Assembly: GCA_044373875.1 (NCBI GenBank)
Contig: JBILPK010000002.1
Coordinates: 65-64,064, forward strand
Reading direction: 5' to 3'
Length of the DNA: 64,000 nt
Source: Polymorphobacter sp.
Lineage (GTDB): Bacteria > Pseudomonadota > Alphaproteobacteria > Sphingomonadales > Sphingomonadaceae
Positions 34,868-43,996 of the stretch are shown in pieces; position 1 is the stretch's first letter; every line of letters begins with the position of its first letter. The notes beneath the pieces were generated by a model that was not told where the DNA came from, ran no database searches, and was given only the letters and a program-made list of their open reading frames with translations. The translations under genes and the position numbers were made by a program.

Positions 34868-36780
34868 TGCGGCTGGCGGTACTGCTGGCCGCGCTGCTGA
34901 TCGCCGCGCCCGGGCTCGCCGCGCCCGGTCCTGTCGCGCTGGCGGGAGCCTATGGCGGGCGCGAAGCGGCGTTCGGCGTCCGCCTGTCGCCCGATGGCGA
35001 CCGCGTGCTCTACATGGCGCCCGATGGCGATACCGGCACGGCGGTGGTGGTGAGCGATATCGCCGCCGGCACCAACAAGGCGGTGCTGAAAAGCGACGGC
35101 AAGTTTTTCGATGTCCGGATCTGCGAATGGAAGAGCACGGCGCGCATCATCTGCCGGGTCGCGGCGATCCGCTTCACCGAAAAGGCCGAGAAAAATGCCG
35201 TCCGCCTGATGCGTACGCTGGCGGTCGCCGCCGATGGCACCGGCTCGGTGGAGCTTGGCGCGCTCGCCGGCTATTGCAAGGGCGTCATGTCGACCGGCGT
35301 CGTCTTCGACCTGCTCGTCGATGATCCCGACCATATCATCATGGATACCTGCTCGCTGCAGCGGGTCGACCTCGCCACCAACACGCAAAAACCCTTCGGC
35401 GACAGCTATGAAAGCAATTTCGGCGGCGCGTCGGACGGTCGCGGCAATCTGCGTTACCGTACCTATGGCGATGCCGACCCCAACGGCTATCTGCGCGACA
35501 TGATCATCCACCAGATCCGGCCCAAGGGGACACGGCGCTGGGAAACCATCGGCAGTTCCAAACTCACCGGCCTGCCGCAATTCGCCTTTCTGGGTTTCGA
35601 TGACAGCGGCGACAATGTGCTGGCCACGATCCCGGTCGAAGGGCGCCAGGCGCTTTTCCGCCTGCCGGCGACGGGTGCCACGACTCGCGAGCTGGTCTTT
35701 GCCCACCCCCAGGTCGATGTCGACGGCGTACTGCGCATCGGCAAGTACAATCGCCCGGTGGCGGCGGTCCATACGCTCGATTCGCGGCAGTATTTCTATT
35801 TCGACGCGGTGCTCGAAAAACGCAGCAAGGCGCTGTCGAAGGCGCTGCGCGGCACGCCGCCGGTCGCCATTCTCGATGAAAGCTGGGACGGCCGCTACAA
35901 TCTCGTGCTTGTCGGCGGCGAACAGGATGGCGGCGCCTATTACCGCTACGACACCCAGACGCGGCAATTGGGCGAACTGCTCAAGGTCCGTCCCGGTCTC
36001 GAGGCGCGGCCGGTGGCGGTCGAACGCCGGGTCGATTATCCCGCCGGCGATGGCGCCAGCGTGCCCGCCTATCTCACCCTGCCGCCGGGCGTTGCGGCAA
36101 AGGGCCTGCCCGCCATCGTCATGCCGCACGGCGGCCCGGCGGCGCGCGATGCGCTGGGCTTCGACTGGCTGGCGCAATATTATGCGCAACTCGGCTATGT
36201 CGTGCTCAAGCCCAATTATCGCGGCTCGACGGGCTATGGCGCCGGCTGGTTCCAGAGCAACGCCTTCAAGGGCTGGCGCACCGCGATGGCCGATATCAAC
36301 GCCGGCGCGCGCTGGCTGGTGGCGCAGGGCATCGCCGATCCGGCGCGGCTGCATATCATCGGCTGGAGCTATGGCGGCTATGCGGCGCTGCAGGCCAATG
36401 TCGTCGATCCCGGCCTTTACCGCTCGGTCGTCGCCGTCGCGCCGGTCACCGATCTGAAATTGCTGATCAAGGACCAGATCTATTACACCAGCTATTCGCT
36501 CAGCCGCGCCGAATTCGCCCAGGGGCAGGACGCCATCGACGGCTCACCGGCGCGCAATGCCGGTCGCATCAAGGCGCCGGTGTTGATCTTCCAGGGCACC
36601 AAGGATCTCAATGTCGACCAGGAACATGCCAAGGTGATGGACGCAGCGCTCGAAAGGGCCGTGGTGCCGCACCGGCTCGTCCTCTATCCCGATCTCGATC
36701 ACCAGCTCGAATCGGCGACGGCGCGCGCCGATCTGCTCGCCACCAGCGCGGCGTGGCTGGCGGCGGCGCCACCGCGCTGA
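34867..36780 (+). CDS. S9-family serine peptidase (prolyl oligopeptidase/dipeptidyl-peptidase-like), secreted
   Basis: Signal peptide MRLAVLLAALLIAAPGLAAPG. Beta-propeller N-domain. Nucleophile motif GWSYGGYAAL. C-terminal Asp/His region: FQGTKDLNV...DHQL. The start overlaps the nadE stop (TGATG). Confidence 0.9.
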   Translation: MRLAVLLAALLIAAPGLAAPGPVALAGAYGGREAAFGVRLSPDGDRVLYMAPDGDTGTAVVVSDIAAGTNKAVLKSDGKFFDVRICEWKSTARIICRVAAIRFTEKAEKNAVRLMRTLAVAADGTGSVELGALAGYCKGVMSTGVVFDLLVDDPDHIIMDTCSLQRVDLATNTQKPFGDSYESNFGGASDGRGNLRYRTYGDADPNGYLRDMIIHQIRPKGTRRWETIGSSKLTGLPQFAFLGFDDSGDNVLATIPVEGRQALFRLPATGATTRELVFAHPQVDVDGVLRIGKYNRPVAAVHTLDSRQYFYFDAVLEKRSKALSKALRGTPPVAILDESWDGRYNLVLVGGEQDGGAYYRYDTQTRQLGELLKVRPGLEARPVAVERRVDYPAGDGASVPAYLTLPPGVAAKGLPAIVMPHGGPAARDALGFDWLAQYYAQLGYVVLKPNYRGSTGYGAGWFQSNAFKGWRTAMADINAGARWLVAQGIADPARLHIIGWSYGGYAALQANVVDPGLYRSVVAVAPVTDLKLLIKDQIYYTSYSLSRAEFAQGQDAIDGSPARNAGRIKAPVLIFQGTKDLNVDQEHAKVMDAALERAVVPHRLVLYPDLDHQLESATARADLLATSAAWLAAAPPR

Positions 36781-36824
36781 TCGCGGGGCTTGGCTGGCCT
36801 GCGCGCCGCTGTATTGTCCATATA

Positions 36825-37763
36825 ATGCACTATCGCCTGCTCCTCCTCCTGGCCATCGCCACTCCGGCGCTGGCGGCGAAAAAGCCGCCGCCGCTGCCGC
36901 CCTTGCCGCCGCTGCTGCTCGATATGGCGGCGCCGCTGGTGGTGGTGACGATCGATGGCAAGCCGTTGCGCCTGCGGGTCGATTCGGCCGGCACCCGCCA
37001 TGTCGAGCTCAACGCCAGCGCGGCGCGGCGGCTCGATCTCGCCAATCCGGCGCGGCTGGTGGCGGGCAAGCCGGTCGAATTCGGGCAGGCGCTGATCGAG
37101 GTCGGCAAGGAATCGGTGCGCGAAGTGACCAGCGACGCCATCGCGCGCTACCAGGATCGCGATGTGACGCTGCCGCTCGCCTGGTCCGAACGCGACCATG
37201 TGGCGGGCGCCGATGGCATGATCGGCCCGCAATTCCTGCCGCACGACAGCGTGCGCTGGCGGCGGCGGCCGTTGGCGCCGGGCGATGCGGCGGTGATGCT
37301 GCCGATGCAATGGAAGGGCGGGCGCGGCCTGCTCGGCACGGTGGCGGCGGGCAAGCGCGACATCGATGTGCAGCTGGCGCCGTTCACGGCCGAAACCATC
37401 GTGACCGCCGCGGCGGCGAGTCATCTCAGCGAGGCCTTTGGCGGCCGCTTCGACGGGCCGGCCCGCGAGGCGGTGATCAGCATGGGGGTCCGCCGCCCGG
37501 TGCGCGACGTGGTCTTCGACCGCCCGGTGATGGTGGCCGGCGTGCCGGTGAAACGCGCCGCGGCGCGGCTGTTCGACTGGAGCGGCAAGACCAGCCTGCC
37601 GTCCGACCCCGCCGCCGCCGATGAAATCGTCGTGCGCGGCCGTTTCGATGCGCAGCGGCAATGGCCCAAGCTGGCGCTGGGCAATGATTTGCTGGCGGCC
37701 TGCGCCGAAATCGGCTGGACGCGGCTGCCGCTGGCGATGACGCTGACCTGCCCGCGGGGGTAG
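36825..37763 (+). CDS. Secreted hypothetical protein, possibly with a retropepsin-like (clan AA) aspartic protease fold
   Basis: Signal peptide MHYRLLLLLAIATPALAA, followed by KKPPPLPPLPPLLL. The segment VVVTIDGKPLRLRVDSAGTRHVELN resembles the D(T/S)G active-site strand of bacterial retropepsin-like proteins. Start set at ATG 36825. Confidence 0.5.
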   Translation: MHYRLLLLLAIATPALAAKKPPPLPPLPPLLLDMAAPLVVVTIDGKPLRLRVDSAGTRHVELNASAARRLDLANPARLVAGKPVEFGQALIEVGKESVREVTSDAIARYQDRDVTLPLAWSERDHVAGADGMIGPQFLPHDSVRWRRRPLAPGDAAVMLPMQWKGGRGLLGTVAAGKRDIDVQLAPFTAETIVTAAAASHLSEAFGGRFDGPAREAVISMGVRRPVRDVVFDRPVMVAGVPVKRAAARLFDWSGKTSLPSDPAAADEIVVRGRFDAQRQWPKLALGNDLLAACAEIGWTRLPLAMTLTCPRG

Positions 37764-37814
37764 CAACAAGCCCCCCGCTAGCCCTGCCGCCGCGCAGCGC
37801 CTAAGAACGCGGCC

Positions 37815-39137
37815 ATGATTACCACGCGCTTCGCTCCCTCGCCGACCGGCAGCCTGCATGCCGGCAATATCCGCACCGCGCTGGTCAACTGGCTGTTGGC
37901 GCGCAAGGCCGGCGGGCGCTTCGTGCTGCGCATGGACGATACCGATCTGGCGCGATCGACCGAGGCCGCCGCCGCCGGCATCCGCGCCGATCTGGCCTGG
38001 CTCGGACTCGCCCCCGATGCCGAAGTCCGCCAGTCCGATCGTTTTGCGCTGTATGACGCCGCGCTCGCCCGGCTGGCGGCGGCGGGGCGCGCCTATCGCG
38101 CCTATGAAACCCCGGCGGAGCTCGATCTCAAGCGCAAGGTGCAGCAGCAGCGCGGGCTGCCGCCGGTCTATGATCGCGCCGCGCTGGTGCTCACCGAGAT
38201 CGACCACGCCGATTATGCGGCGCGGGGCATCGCGCCGGTGTGGCGCTTCAGGCTCGCGACCGACACGGCGATCCGCTGGCACGACGGCGTGCGCGGTGAT
38301 TGCCATGTCGATCCCGCCTCGCTGTCGGACCCCGTCGTGCGCCGCGCCGATGGCAGCTGGCTGTATATGCTGCCGTCGGTCGTTGACGATATCGACCTCG
38401 GCATCAGCGATATCGTGCGCGGCGAGGACCATGTCACCAATTCCGCCGTGCAGATCCAGATGTTCGAAGCGCTGGGCGCGCCGGTGCCGCGCTTTGCCCA
38501 TCTGGCGCTGCTCACCGGCGCCGATGCGGCTCTCTCCAAGCGGCTCGGCTCGGAAGGCGTTGCCGCGTGGCGCGAGGCGGGGATCGAGCCGCAGGCGATA
38601 GCGGCGCTGCTCGCCCGGCTCGGCACGTCGCTGCCGGTCGAGCCGGTGGCGACGCTCGCCGATCTGCTGCCGGGGTTCGACCTGGCGACCTTCGGCCGGG
38701 CGCCGGCGCGCTTCGACCCCGCCGATCTCGCCGCGATCAACGCCCGCACCTTGCACCTTTTGCCCTTCGAAACGGTCGCCGATCGCTTGCCGGCGGGGAT
38801 GAGCGCCGCCGGCTGGCAGGCGGTGCGCGGCAATCTGGCAACACTTGCCGAAGCCGCCGACTGGCAGGCGGTGATCGCCGGGCCGGTGGCGGCGGCGCCC
38901 GAGGCCGAGGATGCCGATTTCATCGCGACGGCGGCGGCAATGCTCGCCGGGCTCGATTGGGGCGATGATATCTGGGCGCGCTGGACCGCCGCATTGAAGG
39001 CGCAGACCGGCCGCAAGGGCCGCGGCCTGTTCCACCCGCTGCGCCGCGCGCTGACGGGCTGCGACACCGGCCCGGAGATGGCGGCGCTGCTGCCGCTGAT
39101 CGGCCGCGACGCCGCGCTCGCTCGGCTGCGCCCCTGA
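37815..39137 (+). CDS. gltX: Glutamate--tRNA ligase (short, ~440-aa alphaproteobacterial type)
   Basis: MITTRFAPSPTGSLHAGNIRTALVNWLLARKAGGRFVLRMDDTD (HIGH-type motif); WLYMLPSVVDDIDLGISDIVRGEDHV; LSKRLGS (KMSKS-like). Confidence 0.93.
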   Translation: MITTRFAPSPTGSLHAGNIRTALVNWLLARKAGGRFVLRMDDTDLARSTEAAAAGIRADLAWLGLAPDAEVRQSDRFALYDAALARLAAAGRAYRAYETPAELDLKRKVQQQRGLPPVYDRAALVLTEIDHADYAARGIAPVWRFRLATDTAIRWHDGVRGDCHVDPASLSDPVVRRADGSWLYMLPSVVDDIDLGISDIVRGEDHVTNSAVQIQMFEALGAPVPRFAHLALLTGADAALSKRLGSEGVAAWREAGIEPQAIAALLARLGTSLPVEPVATLADLLPGFDLATFGRAPARFDPADLAAINARTLHLLPFETVADRLPAGMSAAGWQAVRGNLATLAEAADWQAVIAGPVAAAPEAEDADFIATAAAMLAGLDWGDDIWARWTAALKAQTGRKGRGLFHPLRRALTGCDTGPEMAALLPLIGRDAALARLRP

Positions 39138-39280
39138 AAATCCCTACCCGCAGGGGGAGCAAGTCTAGAGAATATCCCCCTATCAATATCGCTAGTCATG
39201 TGAGACTATCTCATCGCGTCGTTGATACGGCCGATGATGCCGGCGCGGCGTGCAACGTCATCCCCGGGAGGATCGAGACC

Positions 39281-39940
39281 ATGACGCATCTGCTGTCCAA
39301 CACCCGCGACCGGTCAGGCCTGTTCATCACCATCGCACTCCATGCCGGCGTCGCCGCCATCGGCCTGCTGGCGGTGACGACAACCACGCTGACCCGCCCG
39401 CCACCGCCGATCGCCAGCGACAATATCCCCGAAACCGCCAAGCCGCCGCCCGAAGCCGCGGCGCCGCTGACCCGGGAACTCGTCATCCCGATCGACGTGC
39501 CGCTCCCCGAACCGATCATCGACGTCGCTCCCGATGCCGATTCCCGCCCGCTGATTACCGCGCCCGAGCCGCCGGTGCGTCCCCCTGGATCTGGCGCCGA
39601 ACCCGATACCGGCACCAGGGTCGCGCCCGATCCGCAACCCGCCGGCCCGACCCGCATCGCCCGGCTCGACCCGCGCTTTGCCGCGCTGCCGCCTTATCCG
39701 GCGGCGTCGCGGCGGCTGGGCGAGGAAGGCGTGGTGATCGTCCACGTCCGTATCGGCCGCGATGGCCGCGTGCTGGCGGCGACGCTGGCGCAATCGTCGG
39801 GCCATCCGCGCCTCGATGCCGCGGCGCTGGCGCATGCGCTGGCGACCTGGCGTTTCACCCCGGCGCTCGCCGCCGGCGTCGCGGTGGAGGCGATCCGCGA
39901 CATCAAGGTCGATTTCCGCCTGTCGAGCGCGGCCGCCTGA
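39281..39940 (+). CDS. TonB-family energy transducer
   Basis: GGGAGGA SD lies 8 nt upstream. TM anchor: LFITIALHAGVAAIGLLAV. Pro-rich spacer: PPPPIA...KPPPEAAAP...PEPPVRPPG. C-terminal TonB domain: YPAASRRLGEEGVVIVHVRIGRDGRVLAATLAQSSGHPRLDAAALAHALATWRFTPA. Confidence 0.85.
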   Translation: MTHLLSNTRDRSGLFITIALHAGVAAIGLLAVTTTTLTRPPPPIASDNIPETAKPPPEAAAPLTRELVIPIDVPLPEPIIDVAPDADSRPLITAPEPPVRPPGSGAEPDTGTRVAPDPQPAGPTRIARLDPRFAALPPYPAASRRLGEEGVVIVHVRIGRDGRVLAATLAQSSGHPRLDAAALAHALATWRFTPALAAGVAVEAIRDIKVDFRLSSAAA

Positions 39941-39996
39941 CACTGGTATCCGGCAGGATGTCGCCCTATGCTGCGCCATCCTGCCGGAGCTTCCCC

Positions 39997-40404
39997 ATGT
40001 CCTTCCTCAACCCGTCGCAAGCCGAAGCCCGCCGCCGCCGCATCCTGGTCGGCGGCGCCTCGCTGGCGCTGACGACGGTCATCATGACCGCCTTCATGCT
40101 CGAATCGCGCTCGGGCTATTCGGGGCGGGTGATGAAAGTCATCTACATGCAGAGCTGGAGCGCCGATCGTTCGCGCGCCGACACGATCGCCGATGCCAAG
40201 GCCACCGAGGTCGCCCGCGCCGAACGGCTGGCGCAATCGCGCGCCTATATCGCGACGCTGGCCGGCCCGGCGCGCACCAAGGCGCAGGAACAATATGATC
40301 GCTACGTCACCGAAGGCGGCGTGCAGAAGGATATTCCCTTCGTCATCACCGCGCCGGCGACCGGCACCGCGCTCGTCCAGGCCGAAGAGCCGCCGGTCAA
40401 TTGA
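39997..40404 (+). CDS. Hypothetical single-pass membrane protein (135 aa)
   Basis: MSFLNPSQAEARRRRILVGGASLALTTVIMTAFMLE... followed by a soluble domain. It lies in the same orientation 57 nt after the TonB gene. No recognisable family. Confidence 0.5.
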   Translation: MSFLNPSQAEARRRRILVGGASLALTTVIMTAFMLESRSGYSGRVMKVIYMQSWSADRSRADTIADAKATEVARAERLAQSRAYIATLAGPARTKAQEQYDRYVTEGGVQKDIPFVITAPATGTALVQAEEPPVN

Positions 40405-40420
40405 AGCGCGCGCTGACCCG

Positions 40421-40560
40421 CCCCTCTCCCGTTTGCGGGAGAGGTGAGAGGCGCGCGAAGCGCGGCCCGGGTGAGGGTGTACGCGCGCTCCGGAGCGCGC
40501 ATACACCCTCACCCGGCGCACGGGCGTGCGTCTCGTCTCCCCAGCAAGCGGGAGAGCGGG
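40421..40560. repeat. Composite palindromic intergenic element: flanking CTCTCCC/GGGAGAG hairpins around a 50-nt near-perfect palindrome
   Basis: Hairpin 1: cctctcccg-tttg-cgggagagg (40423-40444). Central palindrome: ccgggtgagggtgtacgcgcgctc-cg-gagcgcgcatacaccctcacccgg (40467-40516), with 24-nt arms and 1 mismatch. Hairpin 3: tctccc-cagcaagc-gggaga (40536-40555). The left flank (40421-40466) and the reverse complement of the right flank (40517-40560) are visibly similar. Confidence 0.6.
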
Positions 40561-40564
40561 CTCT

Positions 40565-41527
40565 GTGAGCGCCGACGATTCCCGCTGGATGGGCGCGGCG
40601 CTGGCGCTGGCGCAGCGCGGCGTCGGGCTGGCGCGGCCCAACCCGTCGGTGGGCTGCGTGCTGGTCAAGCATGGCCGTGTTGTCGGCCGCGGCTGGACGC
40701 GACCCGGTGGCCGCCCGCACGCCGAAGCGGTGGCGCTGGCCCAAGCCGGGGCACAAGCCCGCGGCGCAACCGCCTATGTCAGCCTCGAACCCTGCGCCCA
40801 TGCCAGCCCGCGCGGCCCGGCGTGCGCCGATGGCCTCGTCGCTGCCGCGGTGGCGCGGGTCGTCGTGGCGGCGGGCGACCCCGATCCGCGCACCAATGGC
40901 GAAGGCGTCGCCCGGCTGCGCGCCGCCGGGATCGCGGTGACCGAAGGCGTGCGCCGCGCCGAGGCCGAAGCCGGGCTGGCGGGCTTCCTCAACCGGCAGC
41001 GGCTCGGCCGGCCGCACATCACCTTGAAGCTCGCCGTCTCGCTCGATGGCGCCGTCGCGCTGGCGTCGGGGCAGAGCCAGTGGATTACCGGGACCCGCGC
41101 CCGCGCCCACGCCCATCTCGAACGCGCCCGCGCCGATTTGATCCTCGTCGGGCATGGCACCTTCGCCGCCGATGCGCCGCGCCTCGATGTGCGGCTGGCG
41201 GGGCTTGAGAGTCGCGCGCCGATCAAGGCCGTGATGGGCCGTACCCCGGTGCAGGGCTGGCGCCACCTCGACAGCCCGGCGGCGCTGGCAGCGGTGACCG
41301 ATGCCGATCTGGTGCTCGCCGAAGGCGGGGTCGGCCTCGCCGCCAGCCTGTTCGCCGCCGATCTCGTCGACCGGCTGCTGCTCTATCGCGCCCCGATCGT
41401 CATCGGCGGGCTGACGCTCGGCGATATCGGCCTGGCCGACCTCGCGCCCGCCCATTGCCGCTGGGCGCCGCAGCCGATCGTCGCGCTCGGCGCCGACCGG
41501 CTTGAGACTTATATCCGCATCCGATAG
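40565..41527 (+). CDS. ribD: Bifunctional diaminohydroxyphosphoribosylaminopyrimidine deaminase / 5-amino-6-(5-phosphoribosylamino)uracil reductase
   Basis: DDSRWMGAALALAQRG.G.ARPNPSVGCVLVK.GRVVGRGWT..GGRPHAEAVAL...AYVSLEPCAH (CDA Zn motif), followed by a reductase domain. I prefer GTG 40565 over ATG 40526, which lies inside the palindromic element. Confidence 0.9.
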   Translation: MSADDSRWMGAALALAQRGVGLARPNPSVGCVLVKHGRVVGRGWTRPGGRPHAEAVALAQAGAQARGATAYVSLEPCAHASPRGPACADGLVAAAVARVVVAAGDPDPRTNGEGVARLRAAGIAVTEGVRRAEAEAGLAGFLNRQRLGRPHITLKLAVSLDGAVALASGQSQWITGTRARAHAHLERARADLILVGHGTFAADAPRLDVRLAGLESRAPIKAVMGRTPVQGWRHLDSPAALAAVTDADLVLAEGGVGLAASLFAADLVDRLLLYRAPIVIGGLTLGDIGLADLAPAHCRWAPQPIVALGADRLETYIRIR

Positions 41528-41536
41528 GCAAGGCCC

Positions 41537-42148
41537 ATGTTCACCGGCATCATCACCGACATCGGCCATATCAAGGCCATCGAGCCGCGCGGCGACCTGC
41601 GCGTCGTCATCGCCACTGCTTATGACACCAGCGGCCTGGCGCTCGGCGCGTCGGTGGCGTGCTCGGGGGTCTGCCTGACGGTGGTGGCAAAAGCCCCGGG
41701 CGAGTTCAGCGTCGATGTCTCGGGTGAAACCACCAGCCGCACCGCCAGCGGGCAATGGGTCGCCGGCCGCCGCCTCAACCTCGAACGCGCGCTCAAGGTC
41801 GGTGATGAACTCGGCGGCCATATCGTCACCGGCCATGTCGATGCCGTCGGCCGCATCACCAGCGTTTCGCCGGTCGGCGATTCGACCCGCATCGCCATCC
41901 AGGTGCCCCGCGACATCGCGCCGTTCATCGCGCCCAAGGGCTCGATCTGCCTCGACGGCGTGTCGCTGACGGTCAACACCGTCGCCGACAACAATGATGG
42001 CGCCGAATTCACCATCAACATCATCCCGCATACCGCCCAATGGACGACCTTCGATGCGGCCAAGGCCGGCGACGAGATCAACATCGAGATAGACGTGCTG
42101 GCGCGCTATCTGGCGCGGATGAAACAGTCGATGGCCAGCGCAGGCTGA
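41537..42148 (+). CDS. ribE: Riboflavin synthase
   Basis: MFTGIITDIGHIKAIEPRGDLRV...GASVACSGVCLTVV...GGHIVTGHVD...GSICLDGVSLTVN. These are the two lumazine-binding repeats. Confidence 0.95.
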   Translation: MFTGIITDIGHIKAIEPRGDLRVVIATAYDTSGLALGASVACSGVCLTVVAKAPGEFSVDVSGETTSRTASGQWVAGRRLNLERALKVGDELGGHIVTGHVDAVGRITSVSPVGDSTRIAIQVPRDIAPFIAPKGSICLDGVSLTVNTVADNNDGAEFTINIIPHTAQWTTFDAAKAGDEINIEIDVLARYLARMKQSMASAG

Positions 42149-42173
42149 TCGGTTTGCCCCGTTACCCCGCTTG

Positions 42174-42218
42174 ACATCGCAATGTGACGCTCCGATAAAC
42201 GATCACATCGCAATGTGA
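42174..42218. promoter_or_regulatory. Two direct copies of a palindromic 14-16-nt motif immediately upstream of ribBX (candidate operator pair)
   Basis: ACATCGCAATGTGA occurs at 42174-42187 and again at 42205-42218, 31 nt apart. The second copy is a perfect 6-4-6 palindrome TCACAT-CGCA-ATGTGA (42203-42218). The first is TGACAT-CGCA-ATGTGA (5/6). Confidence 0.4.
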
Positions 42219-42229
42219 GCACCGCTGCC

Positions 42230-43516
42230 ATGACCACCACCACCGAACGCCTGCGCGCCCTGGTCGCCGAGGGCGGCGAGACCAAATCGGGCATCGCCCG
42301 CGCCGCCGGGCTGCACGCCAATTCGCTGCGCAATCTCGATGATGCCGATTGGAACCCCACCGCCGAAACGCTGCGCAAGCTGGAAAACTGGCTGCGCGAT
42401 CGCTCGCAAGGCCCGGCGCTGGCGAGCGTCGAGGAGATCATCAACGAAGCGCGCAATGGCCGCATGTTCATCCTCGTCGATGACGAAGACCGCGAGAACG
42501 AGGGCGATCTCGTCATCCCCGCGCAGATGGCGACCCCCGATGCGATCAATTTCATGGCGCGCCACGGCCGCGGGCTGATCTGCCTGGCGCTGTCGGCCGA
42601 GCGCGTCCGCACGCTGGGCCTGCCGCTGATGGCGCAGCACAACGGCACCCGCCATTCGACCGCCTTCACCGTGTCGATCGAAGCACGCGAAGGCGTCACC
42701 ACCGGCATTTCGGCCGCCGACCGGGCGCGCACCATCGCCGTCGCCATCGACGGCAGCAAGGGCCGCGCCGAAATCGTCACCCCGGGCCATGTCTTCCCGC
42801 TCGTCGCCCGCGACGGCGGCGTGCTGGTGCGCGCCGGCCATACCGAAGCCTCGGTCGATGTCGCGCGCCTCGCCGGGCTCAACCCGTCGGGGGTCATCTG
42901 CGAAATCATGGACGACGATGGCGAGATGATGCGGCTGCCCGAGCTCATCATCTTTGCCCGCCAGCACGGCCTCAAGATCGGCACCATCCAGGACCTGATC
43001 GCCTATCGCCACGCGCACGACCGTCTTGTCAAATGCGTCGCCGAAACCCGGCTCGACAGCTGGCACGGTGGCGAATGGACGGCGAAAACCTATGTCAACA
43101 CCGCCGAATATGCCGAGCATATGGTGCTGCAGAAGGGCCGGGTGGAGCCGGGCAAGCCGACCCTCGTCCGCGTCCACACCATGTCGATGTTCACCGACCT
43201 GTTCCACGAAGCCAATGATCGTGCCGGACAATTGCAGCGCGCCATGGACGTGATCGGCGAAGAAGGCGCCGGCATCGTCGTCATCATCCGCGATTCGTCG
43301 CCGACCGCGATCTCGACCCAGATGAAGGCCAAGGGCGAAGGCCAGCCGATCCAACTGCGCGACTATGGCATCGGCGCGCAGATCCTCGTCGACCTGGGGG
43401 TCACCGACATGACCTTGCTCACCAACGCGCACCGCACCATCATCGGCATCCAGGGCTATGGCCTCCGGGTCGTCGCCGAACGGCCGATCCCGCCGCACGC
43501 CGCTCTTACTGCCTGA
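42230..43516 (+). CDS. ribB: 3,4-dihydroxy-2-butanone-4-phosphate synthase fused to a degenerate GTP-cyclohydrolase-II-like domain (RibBX type), with an extra N-terminal XRE-like HTH segment
   Basis: DHBPS: [23 protein letters not shown]...GLICLAL...TAFTVSIEA. The C-terminal domain reads [15 protein letters not shown] where active GCHII has HSECLTGD plus CDCG Zn ligands, and no Cys ligands are present. The N-terminal about 65 aa [50 protein letters not shown] looks like a Cro/C1 HTH. Start is ATG 42230 or GTG 42215. Confidence 0.88.
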   Translation: MTTTTERLRALVAEGGETKSGIARAAGLHANSLRNLDDADWNPTAETLRKLENWLRDRSQGPALASVEEIINEARNGRMFILVDDEDRENEGDLVIPAQMATPDAINFMARHGRGLICLALSAERVRTLGLPLMAQHNGTRHSTAFTVSIEAREGVTTGISAADRARTIAVAIDGSKGRAEIVTPGHVFPLVARDGGVLVRAGHTEASVDVARLAGLNPSGVICEIMDDDGEMMRLPELIIFARQHGLKIGTIQDLIAYRHAHDRLVKCVAETRLDSWHGGEWTAKTYVNTAEYAEHMVLQKGRVEPGKPTLVRVHTMSMFTDLFHEANDRAGQLQRAMDVIGEEGAGIVVIIRDSSPTAISTQMKAKGEGQPIQLRDYGIGAQILVDLGVTDMTLLTNAHRTIIGIQGYGLRVVAERPIPPHAALTA

Positions 43517-43527
43517 AAGGCCTCGCC

Positions 43528-43947
43528 ATGACCCATATCCTGATCGTCGAAGCCCGCTTTTATGACGCCATCGCCGATGCGGCGCTCGAAGGCGCGCTTG
43601 CCGCGCTGAAGGCCGCCGGCGCAACGCATGAAGTGCTCACCGTCCCCGGCGCGCTCGAAATCCCCGCCGCGATCGCCTTTGCCGACGCCTCGGGCAATTA
43701 CGACGGCTATGTCGCCTTGGGCTGCGTCATCCGCGGCGAGACCTATCATTTCGAAGTGGTCGCCGGCGAAAGCGCCCGGGCGATCATGGCGCTGACCCTC
43801 GATGGCCTGCCCATCGGCAACGGCATCCTGACGGTCGAAAACGAAGCCCAGGCCTGGGCGCGCGCCCGCAAGTCCGAAAAGGACAAGGGCGGCGAAGCCG
43901 CCAAGGCGGCGCTTACGATGATCGGCGTGAAGGCCAAGTTCGGCTGA
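43528..43947 (+). CDS. ribH: 6,7-dimethyl-8-ribityllumazine synthase
   Basis: [19 protein letters not shown]...[13 protein letters not shown]......[27 protein letters not shown]. Confidence 0.95.
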   Translation: MTHILIVEARFYDAIADAALEGALAALKAAGATHEVLTVPGALEIPAAIAFADASGNYDGYVALGCVIRGETYHFEVVAGESARAIMALTLDGLPIGNGILTVENEAQAWARARKSEKDKGGEAAKAALTMIGVKAKFG

Positions 43948-43996
43948 CGGCGCAGGGGTGAAGCCCGACGGTGGACGAACCCTGCCCGATTGGCGC

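Noticed and set aside
34834-39035. Long minus-strand ORFs 34834-36354 (506 aa) and 36699-39035 (778 aa)
   Set aside because: They are antisense to the S9 peptidase, the hypothetical secreted protein and gltX. They are low-complexity Arg/Gly/Ala-rich with no family signatures.
40405-40564. FMN (RFN) riboswitch or CRISPR-like repeat upstream of ribD
   Set aside because: None of the conserved RFN core sequences is visible. The repeats are inverted hairpin arms, not direct repeats with spacers.
40397-43624. Minus-strand ORFs 40397-42040 (547 aa) and 42203-43624 (473 aa) over the rib operon
   Set aside because: The plus strand encodes unmistakable RibD, RibE, RibB-X and RibH. The antisense frames are compositional artefacts.
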